This document shows positions 1-10,581 of a DNA stretch of 64,000 nt, in pieces. Made by a program: the position numbers and the translations under genes. Source of the DNA: an uncultured Phycisphaerales bacterium (lineage in GTDB: Bacteria > Planctomycetota > Phycisphaerae > Tepidisphaerales > Tepidisphaeraceae); contig CAVWVQ010000003.1 of NCBI GenBank assembly GCA_963758525.1, positions 3,392,001 through 3,456,000 on the forward strand, in the 5' to 3' direction. The notes under the pieces were generated by a model. The model made no database searches, was not told where the DNA came from, and saw only the letters and a list, made by a program, of their open reading frames with translations. Every line of letters starts with the position of its first letter. Positions within the stretch are counted from its first letter, which is position 1.

Positions 1-188
1 CGGACTCGCCAATCGAGCCAGCAGTAGCTTGCCCTTCGCGGGAGCAGCAAAGAAAAAACGTCCGGATGAATCCCGACCTACATGGGGTCGCCGTCCACCA
101 TGTAGGTCGGGCTTCAGCCCGACAACCCCTCCCGTCACGTTCCAATCACCCGCACCGCTATCCGCTGTCCATTATCAACTATCCACTA

Positions 189-1261
189 TCACGAAGTCTT
201 CCCCTCCTCCGGCGTCACTCGCACATCCAGCTTCTCGGTTCTCCGGATCAAAGTAATCGTCATCGGCTCCCCCGATCTTTCCGCAGTCAGCAACCGATGC
301 AAATCATCGATCCCCGGCATGGGCTTGCCATCGACTTCGATCAGGATGTCCCCGTCCAGAATCCCCGCCTTCTCGGCAGGGCCGTTCTTTTCCAGACCGA
401 CGACGAGAACGCCAACCTCGCTTTGCAGCCGGAAGTATCGCACCAGCCGGCGATGCAGCGGCACGTTTTGCCCGCCGACGCCGATGAAGCTGCGGCGAAT
501 TCGTCCGTCGCGAATCAGCCGCCCGGCGACGAACTGGGCGGTATTGCCCGGAATCGCAAAGCAGATTCCCTGTGCCGCGGGGATGATGGCGGTGTTGACG
601 CCGATCACCTGCCCGCGCGAATTGAGCAGCGGTCCGCCGGAGTTTCCGGGGTTCAGCGCCGCGTCCGTCTGGATCACGCCGTCGATCAATCGCCCGGTCT
701 GCGAGCGGAACGATCGGGCGAGATTGCTCACGACACCCGCAGTCACCGTATATTGAAAGCCGTACGGATTGCCGATGGCGATCACCAGTTGCCCCACCTG
801 AATCGCGGCGGAGTCCGCGAAGCCCAGCGATGACAGATTAGGCGCGTCGATGTTAATCACGGCCAGATCCGTGTCCGGATCATCGCCGACGAGCTTGGCC
901 TCATACGACCGGCCATCCGAGAGGGTCACCTGAATGCTCTCGGCGTCGTGGACGACATGGCTGTTGGTCAGCACCATGCCGTCCGGCGTGAAGATAAAAC
1001 CCGATCCGCTGCCGCCCTGCGGGCCTCTTCGCGCGGGGTGACCCTGCTGCGGAGCCTTGGGGCGCTGCGCATTTCGATGTTGACCACTGCCGGGCTCGCG
1101 AGCTTCGCCGAACCCACCACCGCCGTCGAATAGGCGTCGAGCAGTGGCCCGTCCTCCGGCTGCGGACTGGCCACCGACGGCTCAACCGTGACGGTCGCCG
1201 TCGCTGATGTATCTGATTCGACCTGCGAATCGTGGCCGATGAACTGTGCGATCCGATTCAT
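189..1261 (-). CDS. HtrA/DegP-like trypsin serine protease with PDZ domain (frameshift near 1010, probably a sequencing error)
   Basis: ORFs 968-1261 and 189-977 join into one S1C protease: TNSHVV (His), DLAV (Asp), QTDAALNPGNSGGPL (Ser), and a C-terminal PDZ (GPAEKAGILDGD). Confidence 0.9.
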
Positions 1262-1373
1262 GTTGTTCCTTCTTCCTCGCGCGATGTTCGAGCGCGTTCG
1301 AGGAATGATAGGCGTGTCAATTTCGATTGAACAGGTACACGCCGGCAGGTATGATACTTACCGAATAGATACC

Positions 1374-1700
1374 ATGGCCGGACGAAAACTCTCCCCATCC
1401 TCGGACAAAGTTTGCTGTCCCGCGACAGAAACGTTGCGGGTGCTCAGTGGACGCTGGAAAGTCCCCATCGTCTGGTTTCTCTTCGACGGCACGCTCCGTT
1501 TTTCCGCGCTTCGCCGCGAGTTGCTGCCCGTGACGCCCAAAATGCTCGCCCAGCAGCTCCGCGAGCTCGAACGCGACGGGATCGTGCTCCGCCGGGTCTA
1601 TCCGCAGGTGCCCCCCAAGGTGGAATACTCGCTGACCCCGACCGGGCGAACCCTCCGTCCGGTCGTCGAGGCAATGTGCCGCTGGGGAAAGCGCCGGTAG
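1374..1700 (+). CDS. HxlR-family winged-helix transcriptional regulator
   Basis: CPATETLRVLSGRWK...LRELERDGIVLRRVYPQVPPKVEYSLT is the HxlR signature; ATG at 1374. Confidence 0.92.
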   Translation: MAGRKLSPSSDKVCCPATETLRVLSGRWKVPIVWFLFDGTLRFSALRRELLPVTPKMLAQQLRELERDGIVLRRVYPQVPPKVEYSLTPTGRTLRPVVEAMCRWGKRR

Positions 1701-1710
1701 CGGATCACTT

Positions 1711-1853
1711 CCCGTGGCATGGGCGTCCCGCCCATGCGGACGACGCAGGAGTAGAACGTATCACGGGTTTCCAACCCGTGCGCGCTCCGATCGAATGAGC
1801 GGGAAAACGATTGTTAACCAAAGCCGCTCGCACGGGTTGGAAACCCGTGATAC
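1711..1853. repeat. REP-like palindrome cluster (GTGG-type plus an inverted pair of cacgggtttccaacccgtg)
   Basis: gtggcatgggcgtcccgcccatgc at ~1714; tcacgggtttccaacccgtgc at ~1761 and its inverse at ~1830; the same motifs recur at 22535, 42936 and 46095. Confidence 0.85.
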
Positions 1854-1858
1854 GTGGT

Positions 1859-4800
1859 TCAATCCGCCAATCCCATGGCGTCGTCGCCGAGCGTGTCGTC
1901 GTCCGGCATCGTGGGGGGCGTCGTGCCCTGGGAATTCTCCTCGGCTTCTTTGAAAAGCTTCTGCTGCTCCAGGAGCTTCCTCCGCCGGCGGGTCCCCTGT
2001 CCGCAAAGCTGCACGCAATCGGATCCCAGCAGCGTGTGCAGCTCTTCGACAAGCGTCTGCGTCGGCCGCAGAAACCGATCCTTGTTGAGCCGCATCGTCA
2101 CCTTGCGGCCGGAGCCTGCGACCTGAAGGTACACCTCGGTGTTCCCCTTGTGACGGCCCAGCGTCTCCTCCAGCGCGGTGGCAACTCCGCTCCCATGCCG
2201 CGCGGAATCGAGCTTTAGCGCGACCATCGTCGTCAGCTTCGCAGACGCTTCGGCGATCGGAATCAGATCGTTCACGACAATGCTCGGCGTCTCGCGCCGC
2301 TTGTCGACTTTGCCGCGCAGAAACACGATCTGCTCGTTGGCGACCGAGCCAGGGTAACGCTTGAGAATATCGGAATACGTCTCGGCAAAAAGCACGCCGT
2401 CGATCTGCCCTTCGAGATCTTCCATCGTGATCATCGCCATGCTTTGGCCCGCGGATCGGCCGTTCTTGGTGACGCTCTTTTTCACCCGGCTGATCATCCC
2501 GCCGATCAGCACCTCGCTCCCTTCCGAACATGCCATCGCCTCCTTTGTGCTCGCCGTCGAGAAATTCTCCAGGGCCGACTGATGCTCCGTCAGCGGATGG
2601 CTCGTGATGTAAAAGCCCAGCAGCTCCTTCTCATATTTGAGCAACTCCGCGTCGGACAGCTCGTCCACCTGCGGCAGCGCATGCGACACGCGCGACGGGC
2701 CGGCGCTGGGCTGTGCCGCGAACATGTTCAACTGCCCCGATCGTTTGTCCTGCTGCGCCTGCTGGCCCATTTCGATTGCGCCGTCCAGCGCCGCCAGCGC
2801 CTGCGCCCGGTTCGCGCCAGTGGACGCAAAGGCGCCGCATTTCACCAGCGCTTCGGTCGTCGCCCGGGAGACCTGGCGAAGATCGACCCGCTCGCAGAAG
2901 TCGTACAGACTCTTGAAATCGCCCCGCGCATCCCGCTCGGCGATGATCGCCTCGACGGCTTTCTCCCCCACGCCGCGCACCGCCATCATCCCGAATCGAA
3001 TGACGCCCGTCGGCGCCGCCTGCGCGGCCCGCTTCTTCCTGGGAGCGTCCTCGTAAATCGGCGTGAAATCCTTGTCGGAAAAGTTCACGTCCGGCGGCAG
3101 CACCTTGATCCCCTTGCCGCCGCCCGGCAGCGTCAGCCGGCGGCATTCCTCGATGTATTCGACGACTTTCTCCGTCGTTCCCATTTCAAACGTCAGCACC
3201 GCCGCCATGTATTCGACGGGGTGATACGTTTTCATGTACGCGGTTTGAAACGCGATGATGGCGTAGCGCGTGCTGTGCGATTTGTTGAATCCGTAGCCGC
3301 CAAACTTCAGGATCAGCTCGAAGATTTCCTCCGCCTGGCGTTTTTCGATTCCTTTTTCCTGCGCACCCTTGAGAAAGTCCGGCTTGTATTTGGCGATCAC
3401 GTCCGACTGCTTTTTGCTGATGGCCTTGATCAGCTTGTACGCCGCGCTCAGCTCGATTCCGCCGAGCTGATTGAAAATCTGCATCACCTGTTCCTGGTAG
3501 ACCATGATCCCGTACGTTTCCTCCAGGATGTGGTCCATGATCGGGTGAACGCCCGGCACCGGCTCGCGCTTGTGCTTGCGGGCGCAATACGACGGGATCA
3601 GCTCCATCGGCCCGGGCCGGTACAGCGCGTTGGCGGCGATCAGATCCTCCAGCCGGTCCGGCTGCATCTTCATCAGCAGATCCTGCATGCCGCCGGACTC
3701 AAATTGAAAAATCCCCTTCGTTTCGCCCCGGCAAAAGAGGGCCAGCACCTGTTTGTCCGTGAAGTCGACTTTCTCAATGTCGACCTCAATGCTCTTCTTC
3801 TGCTTCACGAGCTCGATCGATCGCTGCAGGGTGGTGAGCGTCCGCAGGCCTAGAAAATCCATCTTCAGCAGGCCGACTTTTTCGACGATCGGCCCTTCAA
3901 ACTGCGTGAGAATGTCGTCGCCGCTCTTGTAGAGCGGCACGAAATTTTCCAACGGCTGATCCGCGATCACCACGCCCGCCGCATGACAGCCGGCGTTGCG
4001 CGCCATCCCTTCCAGCCGTTGCGCGATATCAATCACATTCCTGATCGTCGGCACCTTCTGATACATCTCCGACAGCTCCGGCACCTGCTTCATCGCCTTC
4101 TCGAGATTCATTCCGACGGTTCCGGGAATCAGCTTGGTGAGCTTGTCGATCTCCGCGAGCGGAACTCCCAGCACGCGCCCGACGTCTTTGCAAGCTGCTT
4201 TGGCCGCGAGCGTGCCGAAGGTGATGATCTGCGCGACGTGCCCGTATTTTTGCCGGACGTAGTCGATGATTTTCCCGCGTCCCTCCTGGCAGATGTCGAT
4301 GTCGATATCGGGCATCTCGCTGCGGTTGGGGTCCATGAACCGCTCGAAGAGCAGGCCGTATCGGATCGGATCGACGTTGCACAGCCCCAGCAGATAGCCG
4401 ACCATCGTCCCCACGCCGCTGCCTCTGGCGCCGACGGGAATGCCATTTTCGCGGGCAAAGTTGCAGAAGTCCCAGACGATCAGGAAATAGCTGCAGAAGT
4501 TTTTCCCGATGATGACCGTCAGCTCTTTTTCCAGCCGCTGGCGGATTTCCGGCGACACGTCGCTCGTGCCGTATCGCTCGACCAGGCCCTTCTCGCACAG
4601 TTGGCGGATGTATCGTTCGTCGTCCTTCTGTTGCTTCTCCGCTTCCGACCTGGCCGGCCCGACCGCCTCGGCGGATACGCGATACACCGGCGCGTGACGT
4701 TTGGAAAAATCGAGAGTGAGGTCGCACATCTCCGCGATGCGCAGCGTGTTGTCGATCGCTTCGGGAAACGCGCCCAGCGCGTCGGCCATTTCCTGCGGGC

Positions 4801-5548
4801 TTTTGAGATACAGCTCGGTCGGATATTTCAGCCGGGCCTCGTCGGTAATCAGCCGGCCCATGCTGATGCAGCAGAGTACGTCGTGCGCGTAATGGTCGTC
4901 CTTCGTGAGGAAGTGAACGTCATTGGTGGCGACCAGCCCGCAACCCAACCGCTTGCCGAGGTCGGCAAGCTCGGGGTTGATCATGTCCTGCTCGGCAATC
5001 CCCTGTTTCTGCACCTCGATGAAGAAGCGATCGGGGCCGAAAATGTCCAGATACGTCTCGGCAATCTTCTTCGCCGTCTTCGCGTCACGCTTCATAAACG
5101 CGCTGGGAATTTCCCCGCCAAGGCACGCACTGGTAGCGATCAGCCCGGCGTTCCATTCCTTCAGGCACGCCTTGTCGATGCGCGGCTTGTAATAAAAGCC
5201 GTCGCGATACGCCGTGCTCGAAAGCTTCAGCAGGTTTTGATACCCCTCCAGATTCTGAGCCAGCAGCAGCAAATGGTACGACGCTTCCCCCGCGTGCCCG
5301 CCGGGCGTCGATTTTTCCGTCCGATCGCCCGGAGCCATGTAGGCTTCCATTCCCAGAATCGGCTTGATCCCCTCCTTCTTGCACTCGTTGAAAAACTCCA
5401 CCACTCCAAACATGCAGCCGTGGTCGGTGATTGCGATGCTCTCCATGCCGAGCTGCTTGCAGCGCTTGACAAGGTCGGGAATTTTGCATGCGCCGTCGAG
5501 CAGCGAGTAGTGCGAGTGGACGTGAAGATGAGCGAACTTTGCGGCCAT
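1859..5548 (-). CDS. dnaE: DNA polymerase III alpha subunit
   Basis: PHP domain HLHVHSHYSLLDGA, MPDIDIDIC catalytic motif, GYGFNKSHS, C-terminal OB fold; start MAAKF at 5548. Confidence 0.98.
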   Translation of the reverse strand: MAAKFAHLHVHSHYSLLDGACKIPDLVKRCKQLGMESIAITDHGCMFGVVEFFNECKKEGIKPILGMEAYMAPGDRTEKSTPGGHAGEASYHLLLLAQNLEGYQNLLKLSSTAYRDGFYYKPRIDKACLKEWNAGLIATSACLGGEIPSAFMKRDAKTAKKIAETYLDIFGPDRFFIEVQKQGIAEQDMINPELADLGKRLGCGLVATNDVHFLTKDDHYAHDVLCCISMGRLITDEARLKYPTELYLKSPQEMADALGAFPEAIDNTLRIAEMCDLTLDFSKRHAPVYRVSAEAVGPARSEAEKQQKDDERYIRQLCEKGLVERYGTSDVSPEIRQRLEKELTVIIGKNFCSYFLIVWDFCNFARENGIPVGARGSGVGTMVGYLLGLCNVDPIRYGLLFERFMDPNRSEMPDIDIDICQEGRGKIIDYVRQKYGHVAQIITFGTLAAKAACKDVGRVLGVPLAEIDKLTKLIPGTVGMNLEKAMKQVPELSEMYQKVPTIRNVIDIAQRLEGMARNAGCHAAGVVIADQPLENFVPLYKSGDDILTQFEGPIVEKVGLLKMDFLGLRTLTTLQRSIELVKQKKSIEVDIEKVDFTDKQVLALFCRGETKGIFQFESGGMQDLLMKMQPDRLEDLIAANALYRPGPMELIPSYCARKHKREPVPGVHPIMDHILEETYGIMVYQEQVMQIFNQLGGIELSAAYKLIKAISKKQSDVIAKYKPDFLKGAQEKGIEKRQAEEIFELILKFGGYGFNKSHSTRYAIIAFQTAYMKTYHPVEYMAAVLTFEMGTTEKVVEYIEECRRLTLPGGGKGIKVLPPDVNFSDKDFTPIYEDAPRKKRAAQAAPTGVIRFGMMAVRGVGEKAVEAIIAERDARGDFKSLYDFCERVDLRQVSRATTEALVKCGAFASTGANRAQALAALDGAIEMGQQAQQDKRSGQLNMFAAQPSAGPSRVSHALPQVDELSDAELLKYEKELLGFYITSHPLTEHQSALENFSTASTKEAMACSEGSEVLIGGMISRVKKSVTKNGRSAGQSMAMITMEDLEGQIDGVLFAETYSDILKRYPGSVANEQIVFLRGKVDKRRETPSIVVNDLIPIAEASAKLTTMVALKLDSARHGSGVATALEETLGRHKGNTEVYLQVAGSGRKVTMRLNKDRFLRPTQTLVEELHTLLGSDCVQLCGQGTRRRRKLLEQQKLFKEAEENSQGTTPPTMPDDDTLGDDAMGLAD

Positions 5549-5589
5549 AAAATTGTAGATCCGTCTCTTAATTGAAGGCCGTTGAATGA

Positions 5590-5750
5590 CCCCCTCTCCC
5601 GGTACCCCCGGGAGAGGGTTGGGGTGAGGGTGATTTCGAGGACCAACGGCACCCGACGTTCCAATCACCCTCACGCCCGCGTAGGGCGGGATTCATCCCG
5701 CCGCGCCTTCTGCAAGGCCGGACGACGGCGGGATGAATCCCGCCCTACAG
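5590..5750. repeat. REP-like repeats: ccctctccc...gggagagggttggggtgaggg hairpin plus an inverted GTAG-type pair (gtagggcgggattcatcccgcc)
   Basis: The GTAG family recurs at ~61-124, 43080-43136 and 62036-62103; the ccctctccc family recurs at ~23216, ~28155 and ~61678. Confidence 0.85.
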
Positions 5751-6022
5751 GCGACCGACCCGCAATTTCAGATGGGATGCACCACTAGCCCGCGCTTATA
5801 CCGCCGCATCCTCGCCCCGACAACCCGCCTCACACCCCCTTTAAACCTCGCAGGCAGCACCTTCCTCCCAGCAATTCCCGGCCCTGAGGTTATTGCGACG
5901 CTGCAGCGTCAAATCCCTCCGCACGGGTCGGAATTCGGTGGTAAATCTGCACAGAGGCGGTGCCGATGCATGGGCTGTACCGCAGCCCGCCTCGTGGTTG
6001 CGAATGTCCCCGAGGTTGCAGT

Positions 6023-7143
6023 ATGTCGCTCGCCAACGTGCTCGTTGCTTCAACCGATTCTGTCATTCCCTTTCTCCGCTCCATGCTTCCGCGACTGGCC
6101 AACGCACCGGCCGCGGAGACGATCGTCAGCGACCCGACGGGCCTGCGCGCCGTCGCCCATCGCGCGTGGCCAACGGATTCAGGGTTTGCCGACGCCTGGG
6201 ATGATTTGCTCGCGCGCGTTCCCGACGCCACTGTCTTTCAAACCGCACATTGGCAACAGGCGATTCTAGGCTGGCCGCAACGGCTCGATCGGCTCGTGAT
6301 GCTCGCCATCTGGCGCGGTTCGCGCCTCATCGGCGTGCTCCCGCTCCAATCCGCGCGCGGCCGACGCCTTGAGTCCGCCGGCGCGATCGTCAGCGACTAT
6401 CTCGATCCTCTCATCGATCCCGCCGACGAAGAAGCGGCCTGGCGATCGATCTTCAGCTTCCTTCGCGAGAAGCCGGCAACTGCGCAGACCATCACGCTCC
6501 GCAACCTTCGGCCGCAATCCTCCGCCCGCGCCACGCTGCGCGCATCGCCCCCGAGGAAGGGTTTGAGGTCGCCGAAGAAGTTCACGGCGCAAGCTGTTAT
6601 CTGAAGCTCCCCAAAACCTGGGACGACTATCTCGCCAGCCTCAAGGCCGGCGACCGAAAGGAACTTCGCCGCAAGCTCTCCAAAGCCGAGTCGCAGGCCG
6701 GCGCGGCGCTGGAGCCCGACGCCGACGCGCCGGGAAACGTGGAACGCGCCCAGCGCATCTTTTCCCTGATCGAATCCGGCGGCGGGAAGCGCGGCATCAA
6801 ATGCCGCTGGATCTTCCGAGGCCTCCTCGATTCCAGCGGGCCCGCACTGGCCGAACGCGGCTGGCTCCGCGTCTTCTCCCTGCGCCTCCACGACCGCCCC
6901 TGTGCCGGAGTGATTACCTTCCGCTCCCCCGGCAACGGATTGATGGCCTGGGCAACGGCCTACAACGAATCCGACAAAGCCTGGAGTCCCGGCATTGTCG
7001 CGTTCGCCATGACGATCCGCCGTGCGATCGAAGAAGGCGCCGACCATCTCGACCTCCTCCGCGGCGACTGCGACTACAAAGCCCGCCTCGGCGCCCAAAC
7101 CCGGCCATTGTATCAACTGACGCTACGGCGCAGTGCATCGTGA
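6023..7143 (+). CDS. GNAT-family acetyltransferase, CelD/BcsL-like (frameshift near 6550)
   Basis: AWDDLLARVPDATVFQT..W, IVSDYLDPL, then SPGIVAFAMTIRRAIEEG...DLLRGDCDYK. Confidence 0.85.
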
Positions 7144-7289
7144 CGCTTCTTCGCCGTCGGCGAGCGTGAGCGAATTTCCGGTCAACACACTGTGGTGCGG
7201 GCTTCCAGCCTGCAATTGCACCCGCGCAAACACAGTTTGCTCTTTCTTGCCCGGAAATTTGCGCACAGTCCGTCCGCAGCACCGAAGAA

Positions 7290-7740
7290 TCCGAGCCTTC
7301 GGAGTACCTCAGACTCGGCGTGGGAAGAACAGCGGGCATTTGAGCCGAGTCGCTGTTACGGCGCGGGTTCATCTACAGGGTCGCCGACCCCTTCCACAGA
7401 TGCGATGCCCCGAACGCCGAGGGTGCTCGCGCCCTCGGTCTTCGACGCTGAATACCCCCCAGCGTGAAGCTTGCATTGCGGTGAACTGCTGGCGATACCG
7501 ATCGAGAGGCGTGCAGGCGCTTTCTGCACCACACTCCGCGACGACGCGAAGCGACTGCCGCGCTCCGTCGGCGAAAGTGCGGCAGATCACTTTGTGAATC
7601 CTCCAAAGTGGTGTCACCTCGCTATCGTTCACGAAACTCAATGTGCCACGATCCGCCGAGGGCCAGCCGAAGTCGCTTCGCGTCGTCGCGGAGCGTGGAT
7701 TGGCGCAGAAATACGGAGTCGCCGACCCCGTCTACAGAGC
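7290..7740. repeat. Intergenic cluster of hairpins and inverted repeats
   Basis: ccgaacgccgagggtgctcgc(g/a)ccctcggt at ~7410 recurs at ~19468; ctccgcgacgacgcgaagcgact (~7535) is inverted at ~7671. Confidence 0.7.
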
Positions 7741-7827
7741 ATTCCATGCACCCTCCTGGCTGCCTCGGGCGGATTGTTGCGATTGGGGAATTCGCCAGCT
7801 TTGCCGCGCTCATGTAAGGTGCGTTGC

Positions 7828-8643
7828 ATGCATCAAACGTGGATCCAGTTCCTGATGGTGGCCGCGGGCACGGCCTTCTTTCTGACTGGCGTGACCCTGC
7901 TGCTCAGCAATCTGGCGCGGGCGCCCCTCGCCCTGCAGCATTTTTGCATCCATGCGCCGGGACTGGATCTGATGGTGGCGCTGTTCAGTTGGATCCCCTG
8001 GTGCGCGGGGGCGGCAATCGCCGGATGGAAGGGATTGCTCGGCGCGGTTGCGGGGCAGATCGTGACGTATTGCATCTGGGTCACCTACCACGAGCAGACG
8101 CATCGGCAAGCCGTCGGCGGGCCGCGGATCGTGACATTCTTGAATGGAGCCGTTGGGCGATGGCAGAATCATGCCTGCCTGTGGGGAACCGTCCTGGCTC
8201 TGCCGGCATTTTTGCACGTCCGTCTGATTGAGGTGACGATTTATCCGCTTCTTGTCGTGGTGCTGAAGTTCCCGGCGTATCGCCAGCGGGATTGGATCAA
8301 TGTCAGCCGGCAGAAGTTCGACGGGCTCGTGGGCCATGATCTGTTCTGGTGCCTGTACTGCGACTGGATGACGGGAGTGACTTCGCTGTGCGTGGAGATG
8401 CTGCGGAACGTCGAGTCGTTCTGGTGCCCGATCCGTTTTTACAACGGCAAGAAATGCGAAAACTGCAAGCTCGATTTCCCCGACATTCATGGCGGATGGG
8501 TTCCGCCGGACGGGACGATGCTTGACGTGGAGCAGACGCTGGAGCGGATGTACGGCGACGGGCAACGATCGTGGTATGGGCATCCGTCGCGGCTGCCGGC
8601 GCGGAAGGATGTGCCGCTGCCGATACTGGGGGAGGGACATTAA
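7828..8643 (+). CDS. Membrane protein of unknown function with Cys-rich C-terminal region
   Basis: Several hydrophobic helices, then WCLYCDW, FWCPIRF and KKCENC motifs; ends 2 nt before the polX ATG. Confidence 0.75.
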   Translation: MHQTWIQFLMVAAGTAFFLTGVTLLLSNLARAPLALQHFCIHAPGLDLMVALFSWIPWCAGAAIAGWKGLLGAVAGQIVTYCIWVTYHEQTHRQAVGGPRIVTFLNGAVGRWQNHACLWGTVLALPAFLHVRLIEVTIYPLLVVVLKFPAYRQRDWINVSRQKFDGLVGHDLFWCLYCDWMTGVTSLCVEMLRNVESFWCPIRFYNGKKCENCKLDFPDIHGGWVPPDGTMLDVEQTLERMYGDGQRSWYGHPSRLPARKDVPLPILGEGH

Positions 8644-8645
8644 TC

Positions 8646-10422
8646 ATGTCGCTGAACACCGACCTGGCTGATCTGTTTGCGAGCTTTGCCGCGATCATGG
8701 AGATCAAAGGGGAGAGTCCGTTCAAGGCGATCGCCTTCTCCAAGGTGGGCCGGATTCTCAAGGATATGACCTTCGATATTCGCAAGGTCTGCGAGGAGGG
8801 GAAGCTCAATCAGATCGAAGGGATCGGCAAATCGAGCTGCGCGATCATCGAGGAGTTTGTCCGCACCGGCAAAAGCACCGATTTCGAGCAGGTGGCCGCG
8901 AGCGTGCCGGCGGGATTGCTCCCGCTGCTGGATATTCCCGGCCTGGGACCCAAGACGATCGCGATGCTGTGGAAACAGCGCGGCGTCACCAACCTCGAAG
9001 AGCTCGTCAAGGCGATCGATTCGGGGCGCTGGCGGGGCTCAAGGGAATCGGCGAGAAGAAAGTCGAGTCGATCAAGCAGGGGATCGCGTTGCGCTCGCAG
9101 GCGTCGCAACGGCTTGGAATCGTCGAGGCGATGACGATCGCGCAGGGGCTGGTGGAACGTCTCCGTCAGCATCCCGATGTCGCGCAGGCGGAGATTGCCG
9201 GGAGCCTTCGCCGTCGGCGGGAGACGATCGGAGACGTCGACCTGATCTGCGCAATGAAGCCAAAGGGATCGGGCCCGGTGGTGTCGGCGGCGTTTGTCGC
9301 GTTTCCCGAGGTTCAGCGCGTGTTGGGGCAGGGGCCGACCAAGGCCAGCGTGCTCACGGCCGGGGGATTGCAGGTCGATCTGCGCATGGTCCCCGCTGAC
9401 AACTTCGGCGCGGCGCTGCTGTATTTCACCGGATCGAAGGATCATAACGTCAAGCTGCGCGGCCGGGCGCAGGACGCCGAGCTGACGCTCAATGAATGGG
9501 GTCTGTACCGCATCAGTGAATACGACAAGGCGGCGAAGAAGACCGCCGAAGCCCCGGCAGTGAAGCCCGTCGCCAGCCGGACGGAAACGGATGTCTACAA
9601 GGCGCTGGGGCTGCCGTACATCGCGCCGGAACTTCGCGAGGGTCGCGGCGAAGTGGAAGCCGCGGCGGGGGGGACGCTTCCGAAACTGATCGAAGCCGCC
9701 GACATCCGCGGCGATCTCCATTCCCACACCACCGCATCCGATGGGTCCGCGACGATCGAGGAAATGGCCGAGGCGGCGCTCGCTCGCGGATATGAATATC
9801 TCGCCATCACCGATCACTCCAAGAGCCAGGTGATCGCCAATGGTCTGACCGCCGAGCGGCTGCTCAAGCACGTCGCCGCGATTCGCAAGATCAGCGGCAA
9901 GCTCCGCGGCATCACGCTCCTGGCCGGTTGCGAGGTGGATATTCTTGCCGACGGGCAGCTTGATTTTGAAGACGCGGTCCTTGCCGAGCTGGATATCGTC
10001 ATCGCCAGCCCGCACATCTCGCTCAAGCAAGATACTGACAAGGCGACCGCCCGGATTCTGGCGCGATCGAAAATCGCTACGTGAATGTCATCGGCCATCC
10101 CACCGGCAGGCTCATCAATCGCCGCGCCGGGCTGCCGCTGCAGTTTGACCGGATCTTCGCAGCCGCGGCGCAGACGGGCACCGCGCTGGAGATCAACGCC
10201 GGCTATCCGCGGCTGGACATCAATGACATTCAGGCCCGCGGCGCGCTGGAGGCCGGCTGCTGGCTCGCGATCGACACTGATGCGCATAGCACCGATGAAC
10301 TTGCGTCGATCGGCTGGGGAATCGACGTCGCCCGGCGTGGCTGGGCATCCCCTTCGCGCGTTCTTAACTGTCTTGGCAAAGAACAGTTGCTGCAGTTTAT
10401 TCAGAAGAAACGCATGAAATAG
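8646..10422 (+). CDS. polX: DNA polymerase X / PHP 3'-5' exonuclease (frameshifts near 9025 and 10062)
   Basis: HhH IPGLGPKT, AGSLRRRRETIGDVD, YFTGSKDHN, PHP motifs DLHSHT, AITDHS, IGHPTGR, DTDAH across three ORFs. Confidence 0.93.
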
Positions 10423-10581
10423 TGAAAGATACGTTGCGAGACTTCTGAAACTGCCCGTAAACGGACCACCCCGTTGCGGCGTAGGGAATAAGCGGGCATC
10501 ATCGGCGTTAGGGTTTCGGGTTCACTTCAGCTTCATCTGTGGTGGGCGGGAGCCTTTTGTCCGCACATTGGGAAAGTTGAG

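Noticed and set aside
2444..5575. Long antisense ORFs (469 and 530 aa) opposite dnaE, and similar ones opposite other genes
   Set aside because: Shadow ORFs expected from high-GC codon bias; no protein motifs
5549..5674. N-terminal extension of DnaE (PHPNPLPGVPGEG)
   Set aside because: It is the translation of an upstream REP; the conserved DnaE start is MAAKFAHLH at 5548
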